Source of the DNA: Takakia lepidozioides
Taxonomy: Eukaryota > Plantae > Bryophyta
DNA length: 64,000 nucleotides
NCBI GenBank assembly: GCA_030704615.1
Contig: CM060731.1
Span: 33,666,001 to 33,730,000, forward strand
Reading direction: 5' to 3'
A model generated the notes under the pieces. The model saw only the letters and a program-made list of their open reading frames with translations. It was not told where the DNA came from and searched no databases. Made by a program: the position numbers and the translations under genes. Shown one piece after another: positions 52,487 to 64,000 of the stretch (position 1 is its first letter; the number at the start of each line of letters is the position of its first letter).

Positions 52487-53348
52487 CTTCTTTCCTCGCG
52501 TACGTTGATACCTTGCTATCGCAAACCTTCAGTGTAAATCGGTTTACTGATGTCTCCAGAACACAGTTGAAGAATGAGCAGAGAATATGGCGGAGGAAGC
52601 TCAGACGACGACTGTGCATATTCTGTTATTCCTTCCAGATATGCAGCCGTCCATTTTAATTACTTTTTTTTTGGGTCTTGTGGTCAGAGTATCCCTAGGA
52701 GCAATGTCGGCAGCTGTTAAACCGTTAATCAGAACCTCATCAATAAACACAATAATAAGCCGACTTCCTGGAAGCATGCCACAGGATCTGAGGGTGGGAT
52801 TGCAGATTAAGTAAATGCATCTTTATACTACTACCAATGATCATGCGCACCTGGAAAGTTCAAAATGTGAAACGAACGTGGGGTTGGCTAACAAGGATGA
52901 ACGTGTATGATATCCCAAAATTTGTCATCAAACTCTCGTTCATTTACATATATTTGTCTAAGACTGTGCGCCAAGATTTTTGGGATTCGCTGTTACTTTT
53001 AAATATTGAAACCGTTCTAATAAAGAACACGCCGTTTATTTTGGGCGACACACTTCAGACATCGATAACTATATTGAATACGAACAGCTGTACACTAATT
53101 GCTGGCATGTGCACTAATAAGGAAATGACTATGTGTAACGGTCACGCGAGAGGGAATCCGATGCTTCTAGAGACAAGCCACAACGCACGCAATCCCACAA
53201 GAAATCGGGAGTCACTTCATTTTTCTACTTTTCGCGCTTTAGAGGGAGAGTGGGGGTCAAGCTGGAGAGGGTTCCTTCTACAATACGAAAGAGAAGAAAG
53301 TCTCTTTATTTTACTTCCCTTCGAGAGAGACGCAGAGCAAGAGAGCAA

Positions 53349-56300
53349 ATGACGAGGCGTCGTTTGTTGGAGAGGTAGCAGGTGAACGCGGAGACTGATT
53401 CACAAGAGCAGACCGAGACTGAGGTAGCGGCTGTGACACAGTCGGCGATAACAGTGCGCGTTGGAAACCAGCCTGTGGATGTAGAGATGACTCGCAGGGA
53501 AACTGAAGGAGGTGGAAGTACGGGGAACGCTGAACCGGTAGAAGGTCCAGAAACCCTAGAGCAGACAGAAATTCCAACAGATGTGAGAGGGAAGAGGAAA
53601 GCTGCAGAAGGGGATCCAATTTCAAAACCTAAGAAGACGCCAGTAAGTTTTCTCCAACTTCCATTTCATTGTTGAAGATCTGCGTAGAGATTGAGTGGAA
53701 TGTCCCAGAAAGGGATTGTCGCTACCGACCATCACCATGAAACAACGGTGATTTGCTTTCTACTCCTCTGTTAAGGGTTTTCCGCACAATGAGTGGGTGA
53801 CTGACGGTACCGTCATTCACTGTTGTTCAGATCATACAGTCTGTCTGATTGCCTTTCAAGCAGTCCTTCCTCTTCCCTTCTTAAGCAAGAACATGTGATT
53901 GAAGTCTACTGAATTGCGAGCGTCGTTAACGCCATTCGATTCTCCTCATGAGATTTATGTACCTATGTGTTTGAAGAGAGAGTGAGGGTCGGCATATTCA
54001 GTCATATTGTTTTGCAATGCATTTTCTTTGTTTGAGGTTGAACAGATAGAGAAGTGGAAAGGCGGTACCGCCAATCAAAGATTTGAAGACCATACTGTAG
54101 ATTCAGGTAGAGTATCGATTGGAAAGTACTCTCGACATAGACAAGAAACAGTGAATGCTTGCGACGTTCATCACAATGGAGTCAATCTGAATAATCTGCA
54201 CTTACTGTTCGCCCTAAACTATACTGAGTGTCGTTGTCGCCAATCACTTACACATATATGTCATTGCACAACACCAATCCGGTAGGTCCCACTCTTTTGT
54301 GATTGTCGTTAACGCCATTCGCTCTTGCTCAAAACCTTTCTGTTCCTGTGTCCCTAGAATCATAGTGTTTTGTTTTGAATTCGGCAGGATCAGCTTTGCT
54401 TGTGTAGATGGTTCTGAATTTGTTTCACACCATTCATTGTGAGTTGAGACAAGACAGAGTGATGGTCGTTACCGCCGTTCACTATTTGCACATTACTCAG
54501 TCAGATTTGAATGGCACCGTGCAGAAAACTGTGAGGTCCAAGCCTACAGGATCAGAGGGGAAAGGATCTGGAGATGGGGACGAGTCTGGAAAAAGTTCAG
54601 AGAATAGCGATGAAGCAGATGAATCTGAAGTGCACTACCTTGACAAGGTGAAAGAACTCATGTCATTCCAAAAGGTAAACTCTCAGGAGGTTATAAGGGA
54701 CATGCTCGTATTTGGAGGGCGTCTGGACATCCCTCTATGCCGGATGATATCTATGCTTGTTGTGCGTCCACCTCTTTCCCATGACATAACAAAATTGGAG
54801 AGTGATTTCGTGCATGGATACAGACTTGGTGCACAAGTTTTTTATGTGTCACTGACGGATACAAATGGGAAAAGCACATTAGTGTCTCCAGAGATCAGTG
54901 ATACCCGGGATGAGTGCTGGAAAGATGCTAATGAGGAGTTCGAGCTGGACCTCATGATGGGAAAGAACACCCAACAATTCTGCAACCACATGTTCTACGT
55001 CTGGGACGGCAACCACCGATTGCTGGCATGGATGGGATACATTCAGAAACATCATGCGAAAGACAAAGACAAACATGTTGCTGTGGAGGCAATGGTTTTG
55101 GATCCTGGAAACGACATCGCTAGGCTTCTTACAGCTATGCACGACGTGAACAAGTAAGTCATCCTAGAGACTTCATTCCCTCTGTAGTGTCTTGTTAATC
55201 CCAAAAAAACAGTGTGAAGGAATGCAGTGTTTCCAATATTTTTGCAGATCGACAGAGAAATCGCATGTGACAACAAACTTGGTCCACACACTATTCCGAA
55301 TTCAGAGGATTGGTCTGATGAAGCTGGATGATTTTCGGACAGTACTCCACCCCAATATAATCAAGAAGTGCGAAACAGGAAGAGCTGCAGGCACTTGGTA
55401 TTCTTTGACTCGAGAGGCGTTTCTGGAGTACATGTATGCGGTAAGCCCGAGTCTGTACTCAGTTTACTTTTCGAATACATGTTTGTAGTTCCTTTGGTGC
55501 TAATCACTATTTGAATCAATGCAGCAAGAATTGGCAGAGGCAGCTGAGAAGGGAAAATCCGAATATTACCGCACTACACCAGATGAACTAAGGACATCAA
55601 AGGGTGTGGAAGCAGCAATAAAGAAGGAGTCTGAAATGCGAAGAACCAAATTGATGTCCGCCTTCGGAAAGCAGCTTAGAATAGTAGATCCTGGACTTGG
55701 TTCTGAGTTCCTTCAGCAGATCAAATCTCACTATGACAAGCATGTGCATTCGGAGATGCAGTAAGAGAAATTGCACCGGCTGGCCATATCCATGGTCGAC
55801 CTACAAACAAAAATAAGGTGGCTGGAGATATGGAACTCAGAACAGACAGTAAAGGACTTGAATCAGTTCCCAAAGAGCACCATACAGCCTGGAAGGAATC
55901 AGTGATTTGGTGTTTAATAATTGGCTCCACAAGGCTACATTTTGGAGTCAGGTGTGTATTCAAATAAGCCGTTTTCTTTTCTTCAATTATGTGATGAGTA
56001 TCTTATTTGCAATACTGACAAATATACAATTTGCAGCTCGAAAAGCGCGTCGTCATTGTGTTGGATCAGACTTTGAAGGACTTGAACATTTCGATTGTTT
56101 CCCCTCCCCAAATGTCATTGGAGGCATACATAAGGAAGTGGAGAGGTCTCACCTGGAGATACTGTTTTTTCCGGGAGTTCTCCAAAGATGGTAACATTTT
56201 ACGGTCCAACGACTTTGACAGTCAGGTTGGAGGAGAGTGGGCCATGATGCGAGTTGTGTACAGGTGCAATATCATACTGGAAACTCTACTGCACTTTTTG

Positions 56301-59300
56301 GGAAATAATTAGGCTTCATAAGGATTGTAATCATAGATCCAAATTGAATGTCGTTGACGACATTCACTTCTTTGTCTGAGTCATTCTTAAGCGAGAATTT
56401 GAATTCACCTGGATTAGGAGCTTAGGGTGTATTTATAGTGTCCCTGATTAGAATTGATAATGTCCCTGAATGGCGTTGACGACATTCACATCCAGAGTTG
56501 TTAAGAGGTCGAGTTCCATCCAATGATTTTGCCTCTTTTGAGAAATCATTAGGCTTGATTAGCAGTGTCTTCACAAATCCAAAGTGAATGACGTTGACGA
56601 CATTCACTTCTATGTCTGTGTCATTCCAAAGCGAGAGTTTGCATTCACGTGGATTAGGGTGTATTTGCAGTATCATTGAATGGAATTTTTTGAATGGCGT
56701 TGACGACATTCACATCCAGAGTTGTTAAGAGGTCCTCAGAGATATGTAAGTTTTTGTAATGTCCATAGAGTTTACAGTGAGGGTTCCTCACTCCAGTTTG
56801 TTGAATGTCAATGCAGACATTCAGTTGTTCTGCAATGCTTTTGCCTCTTGCGAGAAATCTTGAGGCTTGATTAGCTGTGTTATCAGAGATCCAAAGTGAA
56901 TGTCGTTGACGACATTCACTTCTATGTCTGTGTCATTCACCAGCGACAATTTGAATTTACATGGATTAGGAGCTTAGGGAGTATTTATTGGTTCCTTGTT
57001 CGGAATTTTGTGAATGGCGTTGACGCCATTCACATCCAGTGTTATTATGAGGTCCTCAGTGTTATGTACGTTTTGAATGTCCATTGAGTTTTTATGGAGG
57101 GTTCCTTACTCGAGTTTCTGAATGTCGTTGCCGACATTTAGTATCCATCCAATGATTTTGCCTTTTTTGAGAAATCATTAGGCTTGATTAGCAGTGTATT
57201 CACAAATCCAAAGTGAATGACGTTGACGACATTCACTTCTATGTCTGTGTCATTCCAAAGCGAGAGTTTGCATTCACGTGGATTAGGGTGTATTTGTAGT
57301 ATCATTGAATGGAATGTTTTGAATGGCGTTGACGACATTCACATCCAGAGCTGTCGCGTGGTCCTGAGAGCTCCTTGGAGCAGTTCTCAGAGCCATTTCA
57401 TTCCTTGTTTTTTTCATTCCGTGCTACTTGCATCTTACTCACTTCGCGCTTTGGTGGGTTGCGATTTATCTCCTGTTTAACAGGTATACGAAATGTGTGC
57501 TTATGGAAGGAAATACCTGAGCGGTATTCCAGACTATCTTGACATGTGGTCGGACCCAACAAACGATCCAACCATGTATACTGCAGGGATATTGAAGGAC
57601 TGGAGTCCTTCTCACTTCAGAGACTGTGGCTGGTACCTTGACTGCCCACCGGAGCACACGACCTTTCAAGAACAGCACATGAAATATTTGAACAATAATG
57701 CTGAGATATTGGCGCCTCTGACTGACGAGAAGTACCAAAGAAACATAGCAACATTGGCTGCCAAGGAGCCTGATGCTCAGGGAACGCCGCAGAAGGGAAA
57801 GAAGGCGGGCCGCAAACCAAAAGACAAGGCTCCTGATGTCATAGCCATCTCACCAGCAAAGCCAAAGGACAAAGACAAGTCCAAAGATAAGGAGAAGGAA
57901 AAGGACAAGGGGAAGGAGAAAGAAAAGGAGATGGAGAAGGAAAAGGAGAGTGGGCAGGACTTCACTGTTGGAAGATATACCCGCACAGTTCAGTGCGTGT
58001 TCGATGCCAAGCCACACCCTTCCTGTTCTGATTCGGCAGAAGAGATTAAAATTGACAATGAGGGTTGGCTGGTGATGATGCAGAGTCGAAAGAGAGGATA
58101 CACTGGGGTGCCTTCACCTACCTGGGACAACATAATCTCATTCCTCAATCTGGTGAGAATTCCAGTTTCTTTCCTTTTTCTCTAAAAGTTTCATTGGCAG
58201 TATTTCAGTTTGGTTCTTTGAAAACATTCTTGCCATCGTTCTTAAAATAAACATGTTTGTTGCAGGTGAGCACTGGTCCCTCCTTCGTGTGCGGTGTGTA
58301 GAAAACATATGCGGCTGACATTGTCATTCTCGACATCCCGGATGGCCAGGCTGTGCCAGAAGTTTTTCCAAAGGGCAAGACGTCAGGCTGGAACAAATTC
58401 GAGGACAACTATTGGAGTTGGGTGTTCGGGTTCTGTAATAATTTCCTCTCTGATGCAGGGACACTTCTGTTTTTTCAGTCATGTGACAAAGATAGTCGTT
58501 GGGCATTGGCATCATACCTGAAGTCTTCAGGGTTTGAAGTTTTGCGCACATGGAATTGTGTGAACAGCCTCTACCTTGTAAAAGGGGGTTTCCCTGGTCA
58601 ACTGGTATGCCGTCTCCCTTCTGCTTGTGCTTTCATGATGAGTTTCAATGTTCTCTGCAGCTCCACTCTAGAAGAATCTGTCATGATCGACACCGATCAT
58701 CACCGATTCATGATAAAAATGATTGTTTTATGCTTGAGTTCTGAATAGCCGATGTACACACTTCCACTATAGATTGTGTTTACCACACTAACCTGCTATC
58801 TTTGGCAGACGAGGATGTTCGAGGCGATCTGCCTGCGGAGGATTCGCACCTCAAAGACACCATCCTCCATCCGCAGCTTTGAGATTTCTGACCAGGGTTG
58901 TTTCGTCAACCCCCCCTATGAGCCGCATGTTGATGACATTTTGTACAACTTCATGCAGTCCAGTCAGACTCTGAAGAGACCAGATGGCACTCCCTGGAGA
59001 GGTGCAAAGGAAAAATCCCCAGCGTTCATGCAAATATTGCTGGAGTCATGCAGCCACCACTCTGCACGGGTGGTTGATCTTTCTATGTCCACAGGTTCGT
59101 TCTCTCCCTTCCGAATTGATTTTCTTTCACCAGTTCCATCTGCTTAAATCCCCCCCACCAAACTGTTCATGTCCTCCTGTCTGGTGCAGGAGCAACTTAC
59201 CATGCATGCAAGGCAGGCGGAAGAAGCTTTTTTGGCATGGAGGGTGATTCTGACCTCTACAACACAGTGCTCCTCCCCCTTTTGTCTGGCTCCACTTCAG

Positions 59301-59728
59301 GCACACAGACTGATCGGATTCAAATTCGAAATGATGACGATCCCGAAGATAAGCAGGTCGATAACGACTTTTCATGTGAGTAAGTGCTAAACCCACTTTG
59401 GGAGCCATACTCAATTTCTCAATAACATCAAAGTTACAGTAATAACTTTTTCAGGCTGTTTTTCAGGAAAGGCAGCAGTGGATCTTCAGGAGATACAGTC
59501 ATTTGTGGCGAGTCTGTTTTCGACAGCCCCCTTTCCAATTTTCTGCTTCCTGATTATGCCGAAGCAATGGCACTTCACGCGGCCGAGTCCCTATCCCCTG
59601 ACTTTTTACTGCGCGGCCGTAGGTGTAGCCAGCGTAGATCCGGAGTTCTTAAATACTTAGACTTAGATGCAGAGGAAGCGGGGATACATTGTACTGACTC
59701 TGAGTCAGACTGGACTATGTTCTTTTAA
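53349..59728 (+). pseudogene. ~10-exon gene: ParB/Srx-like domain plus beta-class N4C/N6A DNA methyltransferase-like domain, with premature stops
   Basis: Exons ~53349-53642, 54525-55153, 55248-55440, 55525-55951, 56037-56263, 57484-58152, 58266-58604, 58809-59094, 59190-~59379, ~59467-59728. VRP..L..DF..GY..FYVWDGNHRLLAW (ParB-like); ADIVILDIPDG..W..FLSDAGTLLFF; WRGAKEKSPAFMQILLESCS..RVVDLSMSTG|ATYHACKAGGRSFFGMEGD (motif X-I-II like). The exon 5/6 phase is unresolved. Confidence 0.72.
56290..57370. repeat. Intronic tandem array containing 10 copies of a 24-bp palindrome GTGAATG(T/G/A)CGTTGACG(A/C)CATTCAC
   Basis: Copies start at 56344, 56466, 56584, 56690, 56801, 56896, 57010, 57118, 57213 and 57319. 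Spacers recur with a higher-order period of roughly 310 bp. Confidence 0.92.
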
Positions 59729-59829
59729 TATTCTGTTTCATCCTCTTTGGAAAACGTTGAATCCCCTTCCTCCACCGTAGTTGTTCATTTGGAAAGAAAA
59801 ATAATCAAAGAATCAACTACCATTTAAAT

Positions 59830-60200
59830 TGCAATATGTATGAATCCATCTCACAAACCTCCCTCACTCTTGTCATATCCATTGTGCTTTCATCTACAGT
59901 GTATTCATGCGTGCTCCATTCATGAATGTTTTCCTTTGTTCAACATCCATTGTACATTCATCCTCTGTACTCTTTAATCCACCCCACAAACCTACCACAC
60001 TCATGTCATATACGCTGTGCATTCGTTCAAAGTTTTAGAGATGCATCTTCCTGTCATGAATATTTTCCATTGTTCAACATCCATTATACATTCATCCATT
60101 TGACTCTTATCCATCACTCATTCATCCATCTACATTCATTTTTCACACTCATCCATCTGTTTATCATCCAACTGTACATTCATCCATCCTTTATTCATCT
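59830..60200. repeat. Low-complexity CATCCAT/TTCAT-rich degenerate repeats
   Basis: Repeated TTCATCCAT motifs and a ~120-bp internal duplication downstream of the MTase-like gene. Confidence 0.6.
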
Positions 60201-61119
60201 GTTGCTTTCAGGTGGGAATGACCACTGCCTTTTATTATGTCGTCCAGCTTGTTTCCGCGGTAAAGGGTGCCAATCCGCGGGAATACACTCCACTTCTTCC
60301 TGGGCGCGTGGTGACGCGGCCTTCAAGTGTGATGACGTGGAGTGAGCCCCATGATGTGGCATTGGCGCAAGGTGACGTGGCGTGAGCGCAGTTGCGCTCA
60401 CGCGCTCACGTGACCAGGCTCACGCCGAGGCATCCTTGGGGTTAGGGTGGGTTCTTTGTGTCGTAGGTATTTTGGGAAGGGTAGGTTGCGTATGTATCAA
60501 AGTTGTTTAGGTTCAATGGCCACCAATGGAGTAACGTCAGGAGGAAGTTGAAGAAGTGGGTGGTGGTGGTCGGACATTTTTTGTTGTGTTAGGATGAGGG
60601 TGGTTGAGGTGGAAGGGGAGGCGTGTGTAGCATGGCGAGCCCATTGAAGGGCTTCGGGTGCAAGTGGCCCTACAGGCGGGTGAGCAAGGCCGCCTTATGT
60701 CCATGTGTGTTGGGTAGCAGTTTCTAAGGCACTGAATACACTGTCACGGGGATATGGGCTGTCGTACGAAGAAAGCTCCATGGGGCAGGTTAGTGGATTG
60801 GAATGATATGAGTGAGTCAACTAAAACGAGACGATGAGAAGTTTGAGGATGTCTGGGGGGAGGGTATTATGAGAATAGGCATGCGTTAGTTTGTTGATAT
60901 TACGTGGCTTCTTAGTGGGGGTATCGCCAAGGTATCGGTTAGGAAGCCAACTGACCTCTGCGGCCAAGTCTTATTTTGGCAGTTGTAGCTGACTACTATG
61001 TGTGTTGAAGGTGGAGTATTTATACAAAGCCAGGCAAGCCGTACATTGGAAATGGATCCGGCAAAACTACCGTTGATTGTGTAGGGCTGGGGCATATTAA
61101 GGGGGGGCCAGGCCATCGG

Positions 61120-61530
61120 TTTCAACATATGCTTAAACTTAATTAGATTTTTATGTAAAAACATTATTATTATTTCTTTTTTTTGGGCTCTAAATCAACT
61201 TCAAGATATACCTAAATTTAAAAACAACTAACTATTTGTGTTTTTTTTAAAATAAAAAATATTTAAAATATTTTTTATTTCTACGTTTATGCTCCGGATG
61301 GTGTTGATGCCATCAACTTTAAGATATGTGTAAATTAATTTGTATTTTAAAATTATTATTATTATTATTATTATTTTACTCCGGATGGCGTTGACACCAT
61401 AAGCTTCAAGATATGCTTAGGTTTATTTGAATTTTTTGAACAAAAAACTTAAAAGTTTTTGTTTCATTTTTTCTTGGGCTCCGGACGTTTTTTTTCCACC
61501 AACTTCAAGGTATGCTTAAATTTATTTGAA
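61120..61530. repeat. AT-rich degenerate tandem repeat (~5 units, AACTTCAAGATATGCTTAAATTT core)
   Basis: Core at ~61121, 61197, 61315, 61402 and 61501. Two units are preceded by CTCCGGATGG(C/T)GTTGA. Confidence 0.7.
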
Positions 61531-61974
61531 TCTTTTAAAAATACAATTAAATTTTTTCATCCAAATGTCCCATCCGACCATTGCTAGTGGATCCCGCATA
61601 TGATTAAGCAAGAACTGGTTGAAAATGTATTGTCGGAGCTGAGAGAGTGGTAGTGGCCACCAAAAATATTGCAGGTGACATCGTGGCAGCAGGAATCATC
61701 CCTTTGGTAATTGTCGGTCTGTAATAGGTAAGAGGAGGTGTTCCCAAAACTGCAGTCAATGGATTAACTGCAGTGCATGAAGAAAACGCCATCTCTGGCA
61801 TCTTCACACGTTGTACCTAACGACGCATGTTGTCATGTTCTTTCCAAGTCGCATCAGCTCTTTGAAGCATGTTTCAAAATCATCAACTTCCTCATTCACT
61901 CTCTGTCTAATTTTAGCGAGGGCCATAAGAACACTCTTAAACTGATGTACTGCCTGAAATGATCTAGAAAAAAA

Positions 61975-62376
61975 TCATGAATTTGAATCCAATGTTGAAA
62001 TGAACTCCCAGGTTGCTGCCAATATCAAGTCAATGCCATTCCTCCTTAAGGTCGTAAGGAACCAGATCAACCAATATGCATCATTCAAAACATGATTGGG
62101 GTAACAATTTTGAATAATTTTTTTGACATGATATTGGGGGTTTTTATGTGGTTCGTCAGGAAACCAGGGCAAGTGACCCGGTAGTGGTAATGGAGCCAAA
62201 CCTGCTGGCACGACGATTTGGATATCTGGAACATGAGGTGCCGGTGGAGGTTGTGGTTGCGCCATTGAATCTCTTGGACTCAACGGTGGATTAGATGCCG
62301 GGCTACTGGGTCTGGCCGGGCTTACAAGTGGAGATGATACTGAAGATTCAGAACTTTCAGAGTTTTGTCTGTTCAA
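61975..62376 (-). mobile_element. Ty3/Gypsy-like gag relic
   Basis: Pro-rich N-terminus then LPWFPDEPHKNPQYHVKK..C..YWLIWFLTTL, similar to the retrotransposon gag LPxF..DP..H..F...FP.TL pattern. Confidence 0.55.
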
Positions 62377-63399
62377 AATCTACATTCAAGTGACCTAGGG
62401 GTTGATTAATCAAATTTTCTTCCGTCTCTTTGATGAGCCCTGGACACACGCGGTCAGGGTGACGACATAGTAGCTAGGTGGGGTCGAGGTGTGTAGCGGA
62501 ATGGGTTGGGCTCAAGAACTGCCCACCCGACTGTGGTTAGTGCAGGGGGTTCCGCGGCAATGCTAGTGGCGGTTGATAATCTAAATCTAATTCTACCGGC
62601 AAAGAAGAATCCAAGTTCTCTTTCACAGAGCAAGGTTGCGTTTCTACGTCCTACGATATATTTTTGTATTTCTAGTCTTGTCAATTGCCTTCCAAGTCTT
62701 TGTTTATTAGCTACTTCCTATGGGCCTAAACCCCCGAACCGCTTATAGCCGGGACTCAATCCGTCGTCCCTTCACAAAGCACCTACCGGGTTTAGGGAGG
62801 AAGAGAGACCCTCTCTTCCCAATGCCGGTCCAATTCCTGAGTGGTTGAGTTCAACCACCTCTCAGGAAGGGCCCAAACATCTTTTGAAATTTCCCAAATC
62901 TAGGTGTCTAAAGGGGTCAATTTAAATACAAGTCTCTAGGACTAATTTCTCATATTTTCCATATAAGCAAAATACAACAAATAAATAAATAAATAGGAAA
63001 ATAATAATAAAAATACCACTGGACAGGGAATCTTCTCTATATTCTGGATCCAAAAATTACGCAGGGGGTGTAGGGAACTCCCCGGGAACTCACCTTATCT
63101 GTGGGAATCCCGGAGAACCGATCCCAAGCGGGGAATTGTCGCCTCTGCCTTAATGGATGAAAAACAGAGAGGCAGATGAAGATCGTTGTTCATCCGCCAG
63201 CCAAAACTTGCATGGTTTTTTGCCTTAATCTACCCTCCGTAGTGGGACCAACCTTTTCCACCTCCAGGCGCTTCTAGAATATAATTAAATAAGTGAGAAA
63301 ATACGCTTTTCTACCTTAGAATAAATCGTCCTCTATCTCTCACCACTTACTATTCAACGCCAACTAACAAACACCACCTAGCCATCCAAGAGGATGAGG

Positions 63400-64000
63400 G
63401 AGAACCTTTTTGACAGGTCTCTTGGATGATTTCCATTAAAATATTTGTTTATTGCACTTTAGTAGTTTTAAATTATATCTCCCTCTAGTTTATAATAGTT
63501 TAAGATTATCCTACAATAATTTAAGAGTCCAGAAAGAGTATAAAAGAAGAGCAATGCTTCATTGTTCTTCACCTAGTTCATTTGCTTGCTTTGCTCTTGC
63601 TTTGTTATAGTCTAGTTTGCTTGAGGGAGCCTAGGTCCTAGGGAGTGGAGCATGAAGCTCCCTAGTGTAGGAAAGTGTTGCTAGAACTAAGGCAAGGTGT
63701 CTAGTTCTTGGTTGGCTTTTAAGCCATTTGGTTTTATAAAAGAGGAAGTTTGTGATCACAAGGAGAGTAGATTGGAGAGACTTGGGACGAGTAGAGAGCT
63801 GTGGGTGGAAGAAGTTGACAAGCACCTAGGAGGGCCTCAAAAGTGCCACACCATCGAGCCATTAGAGCATCCCAAGCTCACATTGCTTCTAAGGTTGATA
63901 CACCACTCCCCTTGCTTTGTATTTGTTATAACCTTTTTGACATTCCATGTGGAGTGTTCAAGACAAGCCCATGTGTAGTTGTCTCTTATCTGTGAAAAAC
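63400..64000. mobile_element. Probable LTR-like sequence running off the window
   Basis: Purine tract at ~63388-63403, TATAAAA at ~63539, non-coding composition and proximity to the gag relic. Termini are not defined. Confidence 0.3.

Noticed and set aside
56344-57342. CRISPR array (palindromic repeats at regular spacing)
   Set aside because: Spacers are 70-100 bp and repeat one another, the array is in a spliceosomal intron, and no cas genes are present.
47401-60220. TIR pair CAACCCTGCCTGAAGC / GCTTTCAGGTGGGAATG for the transposase-MTase element
   Set aside because: The match is too short and imperfect, and no TSD is visible.

Overview
Eukaryotic, intron-containing DNA, most likely from a non-seed land plant such as a bryophyte (inference from gene content, a DYW-PPR relic and the TE types). 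Five apparently intact host genes: a CDKAL1/MtaB tRNA methylthiotransferase (+), COG5 (-), an ELO/GNS1 elongase (+), an FKBP62/65 (ROF1-like) PPIase (-) and a PHD-finger/Tudor-like protein (+). There is also a decayed DYW-PPR RNA-editing factor. Mobile DNA includes a head-to-tail Helitron dimer, three nested LINE copies in COG5 intron 1 that all end at TCTC targets, a 5.5-kb TIR/TA element between COG5 and ELO, and LTR-retro debris. The most unusual feature is at 50.5-59.7 kb. A WRKY/GCM-like plus MULE-type transposase gene lies head-to-head with a ~10-exon gene for a ParB/Srx-like domain fused to a prokaryote-like beta-class N4C/N6A DNA methyltransferase domain. Introns of that gene carry ~18 copies of a 24-bp GTGA..TCAC palindrome. 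Both genes of this copy are pseudogenised. All exon boundaries and family calls were made by eye; no database search was run.
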